From NCBI GenBank assembly GCA_963664405.1, contig OY761158.1:992001-1056000 (forward strand): DNA of 64,000 nucleotides, in the 5' to 3' direction. The DNA comes from Thermoanaerobaculia bacterium. Its GTDB lineage: Bacteria > Acidobacteriota > Thermoanaerobaculia > Multivoradales > Multivoraceae. Position numbers and translations under genes: made by a program. Shown here piece after piece: positions 19,282 through 28,778 of the stretch. The notes below the pieces were generated by a model. That model was not told the DNA's origin, did no database searches, and was given only the letters and a program-made list of their open reading frames with translations. Within the stretch, counting starts at the first letter, position 1. Each line of letters begins with the position of its first letter.

Positions 19282-19869
19282 CATCATCTCGCCCGCGCCT
19301 ACAAAGACGGACAGCTCGACCTGCCACGAGATCTGGCCGAGGACGGTGGCTTCGATCGCCTGCTGTCGAAGCTCTACGCCAAGGACTTCATCGTCTACGC
19401 CAAGCGTCCCTTCGCCGGTGCGCAGCAGGTCTTCTCCTACCTGGGCCGCTATACCCATCGAGTCGCACTGTCCAACCACAGAATCCTCAACGTCACGGAG
19501 CAGGCCATCACCCTCGCCACGCGCGATGGCAAGACCGTGACGCTCTCTCCCGAGGAGCTCATCCGCCGCTTTGTGCTGCACGTCCTGCCCCGACGATTCC
19601 AGAAGATTCGCCACTATGGACTCATGGCCTCGGCCAACGTCCACTCTCGCCTCGAGCGAGCCCGCGCTCTGCTCGAGTCCACCGCCACAGCGACCCAGGC
19701 CGAAACCTCCCACCCCATCCCCATCGAGTCGGAAACCACAAACGAGCTCCTCCAACGCCTCACCGGCATCGACCTCGCGATCTGTCCCGCCTGCCAAGGC
19801 TCCCGCCTCCAGCGCTTCCCTCTCGACACCGCTGCGCACGCCCGGCCTCCACCGGCGGCTGCCGCATGA
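19282..19869 (+). pseudogene. C-terminal half of IS91-family (Y2) transposase
   Basis: YAKRPFAG...YLGRYTHRVA (YxxxY), FVLHVLPRRFQKIRHYG, CPAC; 5' part replaced by IS5. Confidence 0.85.
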
Positions 19870-20284
19870 TCCCGCGCTTTTCTCTTCCCGCGCTTGTGGC
19901 CCCGCCGCGGACACGCCCGAGGTGCGCCCGCCGTGGCTCCAGACCCCAGATCGAGACGCCGACAGCCGTCCAAGCGGCCTCGCTGGCCCACGACCGCAAC
20001 CGAGTGCATCTCTGCAACGACCTCACCACCCTCGACCTGCGGCGCCTCGTGCGCTCCACAGCCTGCCAACGAGGCTGATAACCCCATACACGACCGCTCT
20101 CTGGCGGCCTTCGCTCAAGCTAGGTCTAGCAGAATCCCGCTCGAGTAGATCCGCGCGACGACGGCCCTCTTGCCTCGCGGGACTCTGCGAGATCCTTCTC
20201 CCTATAGCTGCTCAGCTATTCGTGTCGCCTCCCGCCACCAAAGGCGACACGAACCAATCTGCTCACGAGCTCCCCTCGGAGCCC

Positions 20285-20572
20285 TCAGGGACGTAGTCCC
20301 GCCGCCTCCACCCAGTCGAGAACGATGCGGATGTCCCGCCGAGAGAGTCGCTCGGGCGCCTCGAAAGCAAGGAGGCGGCCGTCACGGTGGACGGCGTAGG
20401 CGGTGTGGTCGGCCACGCTCAGCTCCGCAAGGCGATCGTCGAAGAGGGCGTGGGGCGCCGGTACGGTGGGCGGATCCCCGGGGCCCAGCGTGACGCTCAT
20501 GATCTTGCCCGATCCGCCGGGGAAGGCAACGCAGACCATCGCTACAACGAACGGCCACTTCGAATTCTTCAT
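20285..20572 (-). pseudogene. chimeric remnant: signal peptide fused to the C-terminal blade of a kinase/TolB-like beta-propeller
   Basis: MKNSKWPFVVAMVCVAF then IMSVTL...ALF...YAVHRDGRLL...IRIVLDW, resembling the tail of Ser/Thr kinase-WD40/PD40 proteins. Confidence 0.45.
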
Positions 20573-20643
20573 CGCTTGTCTCCAGTCACGATTTTTTGGT
20601 TCAAGGTGGCCGGGAGCCGCGCCATTGAAGCACGCTCTCTGGG

Positions 20644-21912
20644 CTAGCGCTGCGCCAGTTCCTCCTGGGTCAGTCCCTGCTCCGTCATGAACTTCTGCAG
20701 CCACTCTTGGTTGACGTCGCCGACGTCGAGGCTGCCGTTCAGGATGAACTGGGTGTACTCGGACTGGCGGCTGGGGTCCGGTCTCAGCCGTTCCTCTGCC
20801 GGGCCCGGCACGTCCCAGGCATCGTCCGGGGAGATAGCCATCCGCTCGGTGATCTCGTCGCGGGTGATGTTCCAGACCATCATGTCGTCAGCCATGGACA
20901 GCGGTCCGTCGTAGGTCTCTCGAATCCCCTCGTAGATCCCGTAGCGCGTGCTCTCCTCGTTGTAGAAGTGGTACGCCACAGCGTGGCGAGGCTCGACCAT
21001 GCTCATGATCTTGCCGAAGGCCTGGGCCGACGTGTGGAAGGTGAGGTTGATGCGCGCCGCCAGCTGCGCCGGCTGGCCATACTGGGCCATCATCTGATCG
21101 GCCGTCATCCAGGCCTCGTGTATGGCCAGGTCGGCGCCCTTGGCGTATTCCGGGTACCACTGGTTCGCGGCCGTGTCGCCACCGATGACGATCTTGTAGC
21201 CGTTCCACTCCAGGGAGAAGCTGACCGGCCCGTCGCCGGTGTGGATCGTGGGCCACGACCGGATCGTGACGCCCCTCTCCTGGTAGACGATCTCGTTGAG
21301 GCCCTTGTAGTCGAATTCGTGCACCATGATCTCCCCGGGTAGCGGGTTGATGGTCGTGGCGCGGGTCATGTAGTCCCAGTTGTAGGCCTTCAAGAAGTGC
21401 TCCACGGCGTACTTCGTCCCCATGTCCTCGCGGGCACCGCTGGGCCCCCAGATCTCGAGCGGCACCTGTCGGCCGGCCGTCCAGCCGCCGGCCCACATGC
21501 CCGCGAGGTCACCCCAGTGGTCGGTGTGCAAGTGGGTGAGGAAGATCTTGGTCAGGAAGTCGGCCGGAATCATCAGCGACTGGATGTTCGCCATGGCGCC
21601 GGTGCCGAGGTCGAACAGGAACTTCTGGCCATCCCCGAGCTCGACGAGGAAACAAGTCGCGGCTTGCCCCCGGCGTGCACCTGGCATGCCCGTGCCCGCG
21701 GCGATCATCCGTATCTCGTCGGGTCCGAGCTCCTCGGTGCCCGGGTAGTAGGCGTAGCGGTCGGGGGCGGTGCCGGTCGGGTCGGTCACCCTGCCGCCTG
21801 CCGCCTCGGCCGCGTTTTCGCCAACGGCCCCGAAGCCCACCACGTAGCCGATAATAGCGGCGACGGCGGTCACCGCCAGCAACCCGAGGATTGTCTTCTT
21901 TCTGTCGATCAT
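20644..21912 (-). CDS. secreted MBL-fold metallohydrolase (RNase Z/arylsulfatase-like)
   Basis: Signal/TM segment; GTGMP, FDLGTG, THLHTDH, GGDT, HEA, HTS, YH. Confidence 0.85.
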   Translation of the reverse strand: MIDRKKTILGLLAVTAVAAIIGYVVGFGAVGENAAEAAGGRVTDPTGTAPDRYAYYPGTEELGPDEIRMIAAGTGMPGARRGQAATCFLVELGDGQKFLFDLGTGAMANIQSLMIPADFLTKIFLTHLHTDHWGDLAGMWAGGWTAGRQVPLEIWGPSGAREDMGTKYAVEHFLKAYNWDYMTRATTINPLPGEIMVHEFDYKGLNEIVYQERGVTIRSWPTIHTGDGPVSFSLEWNGYKIVIGGDTAANQWYPEYAKGADLAIHEAWMTADQMMAQYGQPAQLAARINLTFHTSAQAFGKIMSMVEPRHAVAYHFYNEESTRYGIYEGIRETYDGPLSMADDMMVWNITRDEITERMAISPDDAWDVPGPAEERLRPDPSRQSEYTQFILNGSLDVGDVNQEWLQKFMTEQGLTQEELAQR

Positions 21913-22402
21913 GTGCTCTTCCTTTCGGTTTTGTTAGCTCGTCCCTCACCAGCTCGCGATGCCGAGCTCAGGTGTAGATCCCGAGGCCCCCCAGATATGG
22001 AGAGGGGTGCGGCGTCGTCGTACATTCTCGCGGGAAGCGGTAGTCCCCCGGCTCTTCAGCCAGTCCCGCACCCGCAGCCAAGGATGCCAGTAGATAACGG
22101 AAACCGTTCACATGCGCATTAAGGCTTCCTCCTCGGAGATCCGCTCCTCAGCTCAATCGATTGAAGGGTTACTGATTCGTAAGCCCTGACAGCACCACAG
22201 GTTTTCGGGGCCGATGGTGTTTCGAGTGAGCCTCGGTCCAACAGACAAGTACAAAATGCATGCCAGGCAACGGCGTCCCGTCCTGCACCTCGTAACCCAT
22301 GGAGCAGGAAGAAGATACGGCCCCCACAGAGTAGCTCTGGGGCGACCACTCGAAGTGAGCGCCTACGCTATGCCGGAGGCCCGGCATGTCATGGCGTGGG
22401 GC

Positions 22403-22471
22403 GGTACTGTCAAGTTGGTGCTGTCGGCGCGAGCGGGTGCCGCGTTCGATGGTCGATTCGTGTTTCAGCAG
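22403..22471. mobile_element. orphan IS6-like terminus truncated by IS5
   Basis: GGTACTGTCAAGTTG is the reverse complement of the IS6 end at 17511-17525. Confidence 0.5.
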
Positions 22472-23563
22472 GGCGTTGGTGCATGAATCGGCGTCGACGC
22501 CCACGCTAGGATCGGCTCGGGATCCCGACCATTCATGGAGGGGGGGCGATGCCGCACGCAAGTCGAGCCGAGTCAACCGCGAGTACAAGACGAAGTACAG
22601 AGTCCGGAACTGGAGGGAGTACGAGCGTGGCCTCAGGAGCCGTGGCGATGTCACGATCTGGTTGAGCGAGGCGGCGATCGCCGCGTGGACGCCACCGAAG
22701 AACGGTCTCCGCGGAGGCCAACGACAGTACTCGAACCTCGCGATTCTGACTGCGTTGACGCTGCGAGTCGTCTTCCGGCTGCCGCTTCGCCAGACCGAGG
22801 GATTCCTGGACTCGCTGCTGAGCTTGATGGGCCTGGGCCTCAAGGCCCCGGACCACACCACACTCTCGCGCCGGAACGAGGACGTCGAGGTACCACCCCC
22901 AAACCGAGCCCACGACGGCCCGATCCACCTGGTCGTCGATTCCACGGGGCTCAAGATCCTGGGTTCTGGCGAGTGGAATGTGCACAGGTACAAGGCATCG
23001 AGGAAACGCCGGGAGTGGCGGAAGCTGCACATCGGAGTGTTTCATCGTGGCGGCCGAGCTCACGGCGAGTAGCGAGGGCGACGCCTCCACCCTCCCTGAT
23101 CTCCTTGCCCAGGTTGAGGTTCCAATCCAGCGTTTCACGGCAGACGGGGCCTATGACCACAGGTCGGTCTACGATCGGGTCGGGTCGGCCGGTACAGAGG
23201 ACGTCCTGATTGTGATCCCTCCTCGTCGCTCTGCGGTGTCTGCGGGACCCACGGACGGACCGTGGGCGCAGCGAGAAGCGGCTCTTCAGAGGATTCGTGA
23301 GGTCGGACGACGAGAGTGGCAGAAGGAGTCGGGTTACCGACAGCAGGCTCGCGTTGAGAACGGGTTCTTCCGATACAAGTCACTGCTCGGAGGCGACCTG
23401 AAGGCGAGCAACAGCAAGGCGCAGACGAGAGAGGCCATGATCGGGTGTCACATCTTGAACCGGATGGCAGGGCTCGGCAGGCCAGAGTCCTACGCTGTGT
23501 CGTGACGGAAGGGCCGGGAAAAGCGGCCCAGGCTCGCTCTGGGTCGAATCGTGCAACAACGCC
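22472..23563 (+). mobile_element. IS5-family (IS903-like) element, copy 2, transposase inactivated
   Basis: Same TIRs as copy 1; start codon deleted near 22550; net 11-nt deletion/frameshift near 23040. Confidence 0.9.
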
Positions 23564-23905
23564 CTTGCGCTCCCACAACCACCCTCCTTTACGATTCACC
23601 CCGTGCGGCCCATCGGTCGGTCGAAAGTCCGGAATGCCGAGGCGCCGATTGTGCGGCGTCTGCATGCGCCGGAGGCCCCGAAGCTGCGCTACTTTCTCAT
23701 CGAGATTCATGCGCTCGAGAACGTGATCGACACGCTCCTGCAGCGGGAGCGTAGGGTCGAAGTGTGGGTTGGCCTCTAGATCGAGCGGGTCTGCCGCAGG
23801 ACCGCGAATGACGATCACAAGGACGAGGCTGAGAAGCGCCGCGATGCTGAGCAGCGCGGCAACGTATCGGCCTCGTCCAGGCCGACCTCCCCTACTCACG
23901 TCCAC
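23564..23905 (-). pseudogene. 5' fragment of GH3 beta-glucosidase truncated by IS5
   Basis: TM anchor, ERVDHVLERMNLDEKVAQL, RLGIP...TDGPHG. Confidence 0.8.
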
Positions 23906-23919
23906 CCTCTCCGGGAGAG

Positions 23920-25080
23920 CTAATCGGACGCTTTACGGCCGAGCACGACGAGACTGAAGTCATCTTCGAGCGCCTGGTCCCCGAGATGGTCATCGAAGTC
24001 GAGGAGGATTCTCTCGTGGATCGCATTGGGCGTGCCAGGGTCGACCACAAGGCGGCGCAGACGCTCGTAGCCGAAACTTTCCTCTTCACTGTTCAGCCCC
24101 TCCGGCAAACCATCACTGTAGAGCACCAGCGTGTCCCCGACACCGAGTCCGGTCTTCTCACTCCGCCATTCCAGGTCGCGGCGTAGACCGAGCGGCAATC
24201 CGCCCTTGCCCAACTCCTCGATCTCACCACCCGCTCGACGCAGGAGCGGGAAAGGATGACCGGCACTGGCATATTCGAGCTCTCCGCTGCCCAGATCCAA
24301 CAGAGCATAGAAGATACTCATGAACGCTCGTTTGTCTCCGGTCTTGCACAGAGTGTGGTTGAGCAGAGTGAGGACTCGTGGCGGAGCCGGGTCCAGCTCG
24401 ACAGCGAGCTTGAGCGTGGCATTCGCAATAGCCATCAACAGTCCGGCCGCCATACCGTGTCCACTGGCGTCCCCCACCAACAGGGCGAGACGGCCGTCCT
24501 CCAGAACAGAGAAGTCGTAGTAGTCGCCACCGACCTCGTTCGCGGTTCGGTACGAGTGCGAAATACGATAGCCGGGAAGATCGGGAACCGCCCGAGGCAG
24601 CAGATCCTCCTGCAGCTCTCGCGCAACTTGGAGCTCGTCGCGCACCCGAATGCGGTCAACCAGCTCCAAGGCAAGTAGAAAAATCAGCGAAGCCGAGCTG
24701 ATCAGGAACCAGAAGGCCGAAAAGTCTACGATCACCAATCTCTCACCGCTAGGGATACTGAGCTCCGGGTCGAGAAGGCCGACAAGGAGAGCCAGGAGCG
24801 CACCGGCGAAAAGTAGCCTCCTCGCCGGTGTCAACTTGTAGGAGAACCCGAGAAAGACGATGCGCACCCGGTGCCAGAAGCGCTTGAAGGCACCCTCCGG
24901 CTCCGGAGCCTCTCTGTGATCGCGAACGAGAACGTCGTAGGCCTCCGCTGCGTCACGATCAAACAGGCGGCGCAGGTCACGAGCCCGCAGACCTGCGGTG
25001 TAGTTGCGAACGAAACGCTCGCAAGAACTGATGAAGCCCCTCGCCCCTCGCGCAGCCTTGCGAGCGCCGCTCGCCATCAC
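23920..25080 (-). CDS. PP2C/SpoIIE-type (RsbU-like) serine phosphatase with TM helices
   Basis: ARELQEDLLP, VGGDYYD, GDASGHG, SAGHP, YSDGL, DDFS. Confidence 0.9.
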   Translation of the reverse strand: MMASGARKAARGARGFISSCERFVRNYTAGLRARDLRRLFDRDAAEAYDVLVRDHREAPEPEGAFKRFWHRVRIVFLGFSYKLTPARRLLFAGALLALLVGLLDPELSIPSGERLVIVDFSAFWFLISSASLIFLLALELVDRIRVRDELQVARELQEDLLPRAVPDLPGYRISHSYRTANEVGGDYYDFSVLEDGRLALLVGDASGHGMAAGLLMAIANATLKLAVELDPAPPRVLTLLNHTLCKTGDKRAFMSIFYALLDLGSGELEYASAGHPFPLLRRAGGEIEELGKGGLPLGLRRDLEWRSEKTGLGVGDTLVLYSDGLPEGLNSEEESFGYERLRRLVVDPGTPNAIHERILLDFDDHLGDQALEDDFSLVVLGRKASD

Positions 25081-25224
25081 TGCCTGGCCGATCGGATCTC
25101 GAGACGCAGTACTTCCGGTGACTTCATTAAAAGGCCCCAGAGACCATTACGAAAAAAGGGCCACTGGGTTGCTCGAGAGGTCGTTCGACACCGCCCTGGA
25201 AAAGCGCCTGGGCGCCTCCCAGCC

Positions 25225-25554
25225 TCAGCTAAAGAGATTCTGGAGCTGCATGGCCAGACCCATATCGCCACCGACCTTGAGCCTTCCACTCATGAACGCC
25301 GACATTCCATCGAGACGGCCCTCGGTCATGTCGACGAAGTCTGACGCCGAGATGGTGATGGTCATGGTCGGGGCGTCGTGACCACCGTCGCTTACCGCAC
25401 ACACGCCATCTTTGATCGTGGTGTAGTGACTGCCGCCATCCTCGCCAGTCAGATCGTACTGGATGACACAATCGAGATCGCCGGCAGCCGTAGCATTGAG
25501 GCGTTCGGGCATGGTATTGAAGATAGTCTTGATCGCTTCGCCTGTCTCACTCAT
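25225..25554 (-). CDS. SCP2 sterol-binding domain protein
   Basis: IQYDLTG, AFMSGRLKVGGDMGLAMQL. Confidence 0.9.
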   Translation of the reverse strand: MSETGEAIKTIFNTMPERLNATAAGDLDCVIQYDLTGEDGGSHYTTIKDGVCAVSDGGHDAPTMTITISASDFVDMTEGRLDGMSAFMSGRLKVGGDMGLAMQLQNLFS

Positions 25555-25683
25555 CTCTGTTGTTCCCCCGCATTCTTCTTTGGAGCCCCGGTCCCTCCGG
25601 GGTCCGCGGGATTATACGAACTCTCGACCTGTCGCTCCCACAAGACTTGACTCATACGTTACGAATGAGAGCTGTAGAGAACC

Positions 25684-25749
25684 CTAGGCTCCAGAAATGA
25701 TGGCTATCATTTCTGGAGCCTAGTTGTCTCTTGGCGCCGAGGACGGCGC
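25684..25749. repeat. bipartite intergenic repeat, copy 2
   Basis: CTAGGCTCCAGAAATGAT-GGCT-ATCATTTCTGGAGCCTAG (18-bp perfect arms), then GCGCCGAGGACGGCGC at 25734-25749. Confidence 0.7.
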
Positions 25750-25892
25750 ACTTGGGCCTTGCTTCCTATTCGCTCCGGGAAACGGCTCAGGCCGAATACT
25801 CGGACACCTTACTAGCCCCGGAAAACAGGCCTCCGGCCCGTTCTCCGGCCCATCCCCCCCCCTCTCGCCTGTCCGAAGTCTCGGACCCACTC

Positions 25893-27863
25893 CTAGGGCT
25901 CGAGATTGAAGACCTGCAGCTCCGGGGCCCGGCCTGGGATCTCGAAGCCCAGAACGCGCGAGTAAAAGTAGAGCTCGCACTCGAGAGCCCGCTGGATATT
26001 CTCAGAGCGGCGGAAGCCATGTTGTTCCCCGGGGAAAGGAACATAGGCGACAGCGACCCCCTTGGTACGGAGGCTCTCGACCATTACTTCCGCCTGGTTC
26101 GGCGGCACCACCCGATCCTCCAGGCCCTGAAAAAAGATGATCGGGCAAGAGAGTTGATCCGCGGCATAGCGAGGAGATCGTTGCCGGTAGAGCGCCTGCA
26201 TCTCCGGGTAGGGCCCGACCAGACGCTCGATATAGCGTGACTCGAATTTGTGGGTGTCTCGAGCCAGGGCCCCGAGATCGCCAATACCGTAGTAGCTCGC
26301 CCCGGCCTTGAATACATCGCGAAACGCGAGAGCCGCCAGAGTGGTGTAGCCGCCCGCGCTGCCGCCACGGATCATCACTCGATCGGGGTCGATCTCTCCT
26401 CGTTGTGCCAGAAACTCGACCGCCGCCACGCAGTCATCGACGTCGAATACACCCCAGTTTCCATCCAGGCTGGTCCGATAAGCGCGGCCGAAGCCGCTAG
26501 ACCCCCGGTAGTTGACATCCACCACCGCGATCCCACGGCTGGTCCAAAACTGAATTTCCGGGCTGAGGGCGCTGGATGCCGCCGCGGTGGGGCCGCCGTG
26601 ACTCAGCACCAGGAGCGGTGGTTTCTCACCCCGCGGGCCCTCCATCTCGGCATTGCAAGGTGGGTAGAAAAAGCCGAAAGAAGTGGCTCCCTCGGTGGAC
26701 GGGAACTCGATCACCCGGGGCTCCGATACGAAAGCGGCCTCGATCTCGAGTAGCGAAGGACGATGCAGAGTCTCAGCCTCACCGCTGTCGAGATCGACTG
26801 CCGCAACAGATGGCCGCTCACGGCGCGAAGCCGCGAGGAAGAAGGCAGTGCTCCCCTCCGAACGGAGATAGTGAATCTCGGTCCACGGGCAAGGAAGAGC
26901 ATGCACCTCCTGCTCTTCGAGGGCATAGAGGCGCCACTCCCCAAGATGATTGGCCGCGAAGACGACCCGCGAGCCACTAAAGGCGTAGACCGAAGTGCCA
27001 AAGACCCATTGCGGGCCGCCGACTTCGGCGTCGAGCTTGGTCATCGCTTCGACATCCCCGGGGTCGTCGCCCTGCCAGCGATGGAGGTTCCAGTAGCCCG
27101 AGCGGTCCGAGGAGAACCAAAGCTCGCCGGTCGGTGAGAAGGCGGGCTGCAAGATCGACTCCTCAACATCGCCGCCCACCTGAAGAGCGACGCCGAGGGT
27201 CCCGTCGGTACCGATCTCTGCCACCCACAGCTGCGTTCGGTCCCAGGGCATGTCGGGGTGCTGCCACGACAGCCACGCCAGCCTGCGGCCATCGGGGCTC
27301 AGAGTCGGGCTCGAGTAAAAGTCTGCCCCTCGAACCAACGTCGCTACCTCTCCGCTGCCGCTGTCGTCGACCGCCACCAGGGAGCTAATGGGCTCGCCAT
27401 CACCACTGTGGTCCTCTTCGATGCAGACGACGCGGGAGCGGAGTCGGTCGACGCAAAGATCGGCGTATCGTCGCGAGCTCTTCTCCGTTAGGGCCAAGGC
27501 CTCGCCGCCAGGCTCAACCCGATAGATGCGCTGGTCCTCGTAGGAGCAGACAAAGAGGGCTCCATCGAGAACCGCATAGGCGCCACCGCCATATTCATGA
27601 ACGGAGCTGCGTACGCTCATCGACGGCGGACCGCACTCTTCTACCGCTCCATCCGGGGCGCGTCTCATCAGGGCGCCGCGGCCACCCTCCTGGGGCCGAC
27701 TCTCGAGCCAATAGATCGAGCCGCTATCCGCCCGAAGCTCCGAAAGCCGTATTTTCGCCGTGGCGATCGCTTCGGCAGTGACCGGCGAAGGCCACGAGCC
27801 ATAGGCGGCCTGTTTCTTCCCGCTCACCGCGGCAAGGGTAGGCGCACTAGACCGACGGGTCAA
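25893..27863 (-). CDS. S9-family peptidase (prolyl oligopeptidase/acylaminoacyl peptidase)
   Basis: YGSWPSP, HGGPT, GGSAGG, DRVVPP, EQHGF. Confidence 0.92.
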   Translation of the reverse strand: MTRRSSAPTLAAVSGKKQAAYGSWPSPVTAEAIATAKIRLSELRADSGSIYWLESRPQEGGRGALMRRAPDGAVEECGPPSMSVRSSVHEYGGGAYAVLDGALFVCSYEDQRIYRVEPGGEALALTEKSSRRYADLCVDRLRSRVVCIEEDHSGDGEPISSLVAVDDSGSGEVATLVRGADFYSSPTLSPDGRRLAWLSWQHPDMPWDRTQLWVAEIGTDGTLGVALQVGGDVEESILQPAFSPTGELWFSSDRSGYWNLHRWQGDDPGDVEAMTKLDAEVGGPQWVFGTSVYAFSGSRVVFAANHLGEWRLYALEEQEVHALPCPWTEIHYLRSEGSTAFFLAASRRERPSVAAVDLDSGEAETLHRPSLLEIEAAFVSEPRVIEFPSTEGATSFGFFYPPCNAEMEGPRGEKPPLLVLSHGGPTAAASSALSPEIQFWTSRGIAVVDVNYRGSSGFGRAYRTSLDGNWGVFDVDDCVAAVEFLAQRGEIDPDRVMIRGGSAGGYTTLAALAFRDVFKAGASYYGIGDLGALARDTHKFESRYIERLVGPYPEMQALYRQRSPRYAADQLSCPIIFFQGLEDRVVPPNQAEVMVESLRTKGVAVAYVPFPGEQHGFRRSENIQRALECELYFYSRVLGFEIPGRAPELQVFNLEP

Positions 27864-27881
27864 GGGGACCAGGTGGCAGCT

Positions 27882-28748
27882 TCACTCGGCCCCGTCCGCC
27901 TCCGGGACATCTTTCGCACCATCCCGCTTTCGTAATTGAATACTGCCGTTGACGGTCTCCATCTTGAGCTGGCTGCCGCCGCCGTTCAGCGTGCCTCGGA
28001 GGCTCCTGCGCCGCCAACTATCGGAGCCGCCCTCGACCAGCACCGCAAAGTCTGTATTCACCGCGCCATGGACCGTGGAGGCGACAACATCCGCCTGGAC
28101 GTCGGCGGGGAGATAGACGGTGATGCCGCCGTTGGTGGTACGAAAATCGCAGTCGCTGGCTTGATCGACCGCGACGAGCTCAACACGAATGTTGCCGTTG
28201 ATGGTATGCGCTCGAGCGGGACCGGCTGCCTGGACGATGCGAATCTGTCCGTTGGTTGTCTCAGCTTCGATCCTTCCACTCACAGAGTCGATCTCTACGT
28301 TGCCGTTGACGGTCAGGCCCTTGAGGCCCACCTCTCGCGGCAGAGTCAGGCGATAAGAGACCCTGTACTGAACCTCGCGGCCAAAGAGCCAGCTCATGGA
28401 GCCGGAGCGCCGCTTGGGAAGAACGGTGCTGATGTGCAGGCCGTCGGTGGTGTGCTCCACTTCGATCGCGATTTCCTTCATGGCGCTTTCGGCGCGATCG
28501 CGCCCCATGGTCTTGACCATCTTGGTGGCCTCGACTCGCACTTCGTCACCGTCCCAGCTGGTGAACTCGAGACTTCCGTTGACGTTTTCTACGGAGACCA
28601 ACTTTCCGGCCTCGATGGGAAAGCTCTCGCTCCACTCCTCGTGCAGCACCTCGGCACTGAGCGAGGCAGCTGCGAAGAGTCCAAACAGTAGGACCAGACT
28701 TAGAACTCGTAGGCGAACAGACTCAAGCATGATCAAGAGGCCTCCCAC
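27882..28748 (-). CDS. secreted DUF4097 beta-strand repeat protein
   Basis: Signal peptide; repeated TVNG/TTNG/TING motifs. Confidence 0.8.
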   Translation of the reverse strand: MGGLLIMLESVRLRVLSLVLLFGLFAAASLSAEVLHEEWSESFPIEAGKLVSVENVNGSLEFTSWDGDEVRVEATKMVKTMGRDRAESAMKEIAIEVEHTTDGLHISTVLPKRRSGSMSWLFGREVQYRVSYRLTLPREVGLKGLTVNGNVEIDSVSGRIEAETTNGQIRIVQAAGPARAHTINGNIRVELVAVDQASDCDFRTTNGGITVYLPADVQADVVASTVHGAVNTDFAVLVEGGSDSWRRRSLRGTLNGGGSQLKMETVNGSIQLRKRDGAKDVPEADGAE

Positions 28749-28778
28749 CCATTCCTACGCACTCCGGCGGCGCGAGTT

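Noticed and set aside
20644-21912. Metallo-beta-lactamase resistance gene
   Set aside because: Length and motifs (GTGMP, GDT, HEA, HTS) fit the RNase Z/arylsulfatase branch, not B1-B3 lactamases.
18163-23572. Target-site duplications around IS903-like copies or the composite unit
   Set aside because: The flanks CCGTTTCGC, CATCATCTC, TTTCAGCAG and CTTGCGCTC do not match in any pairing.
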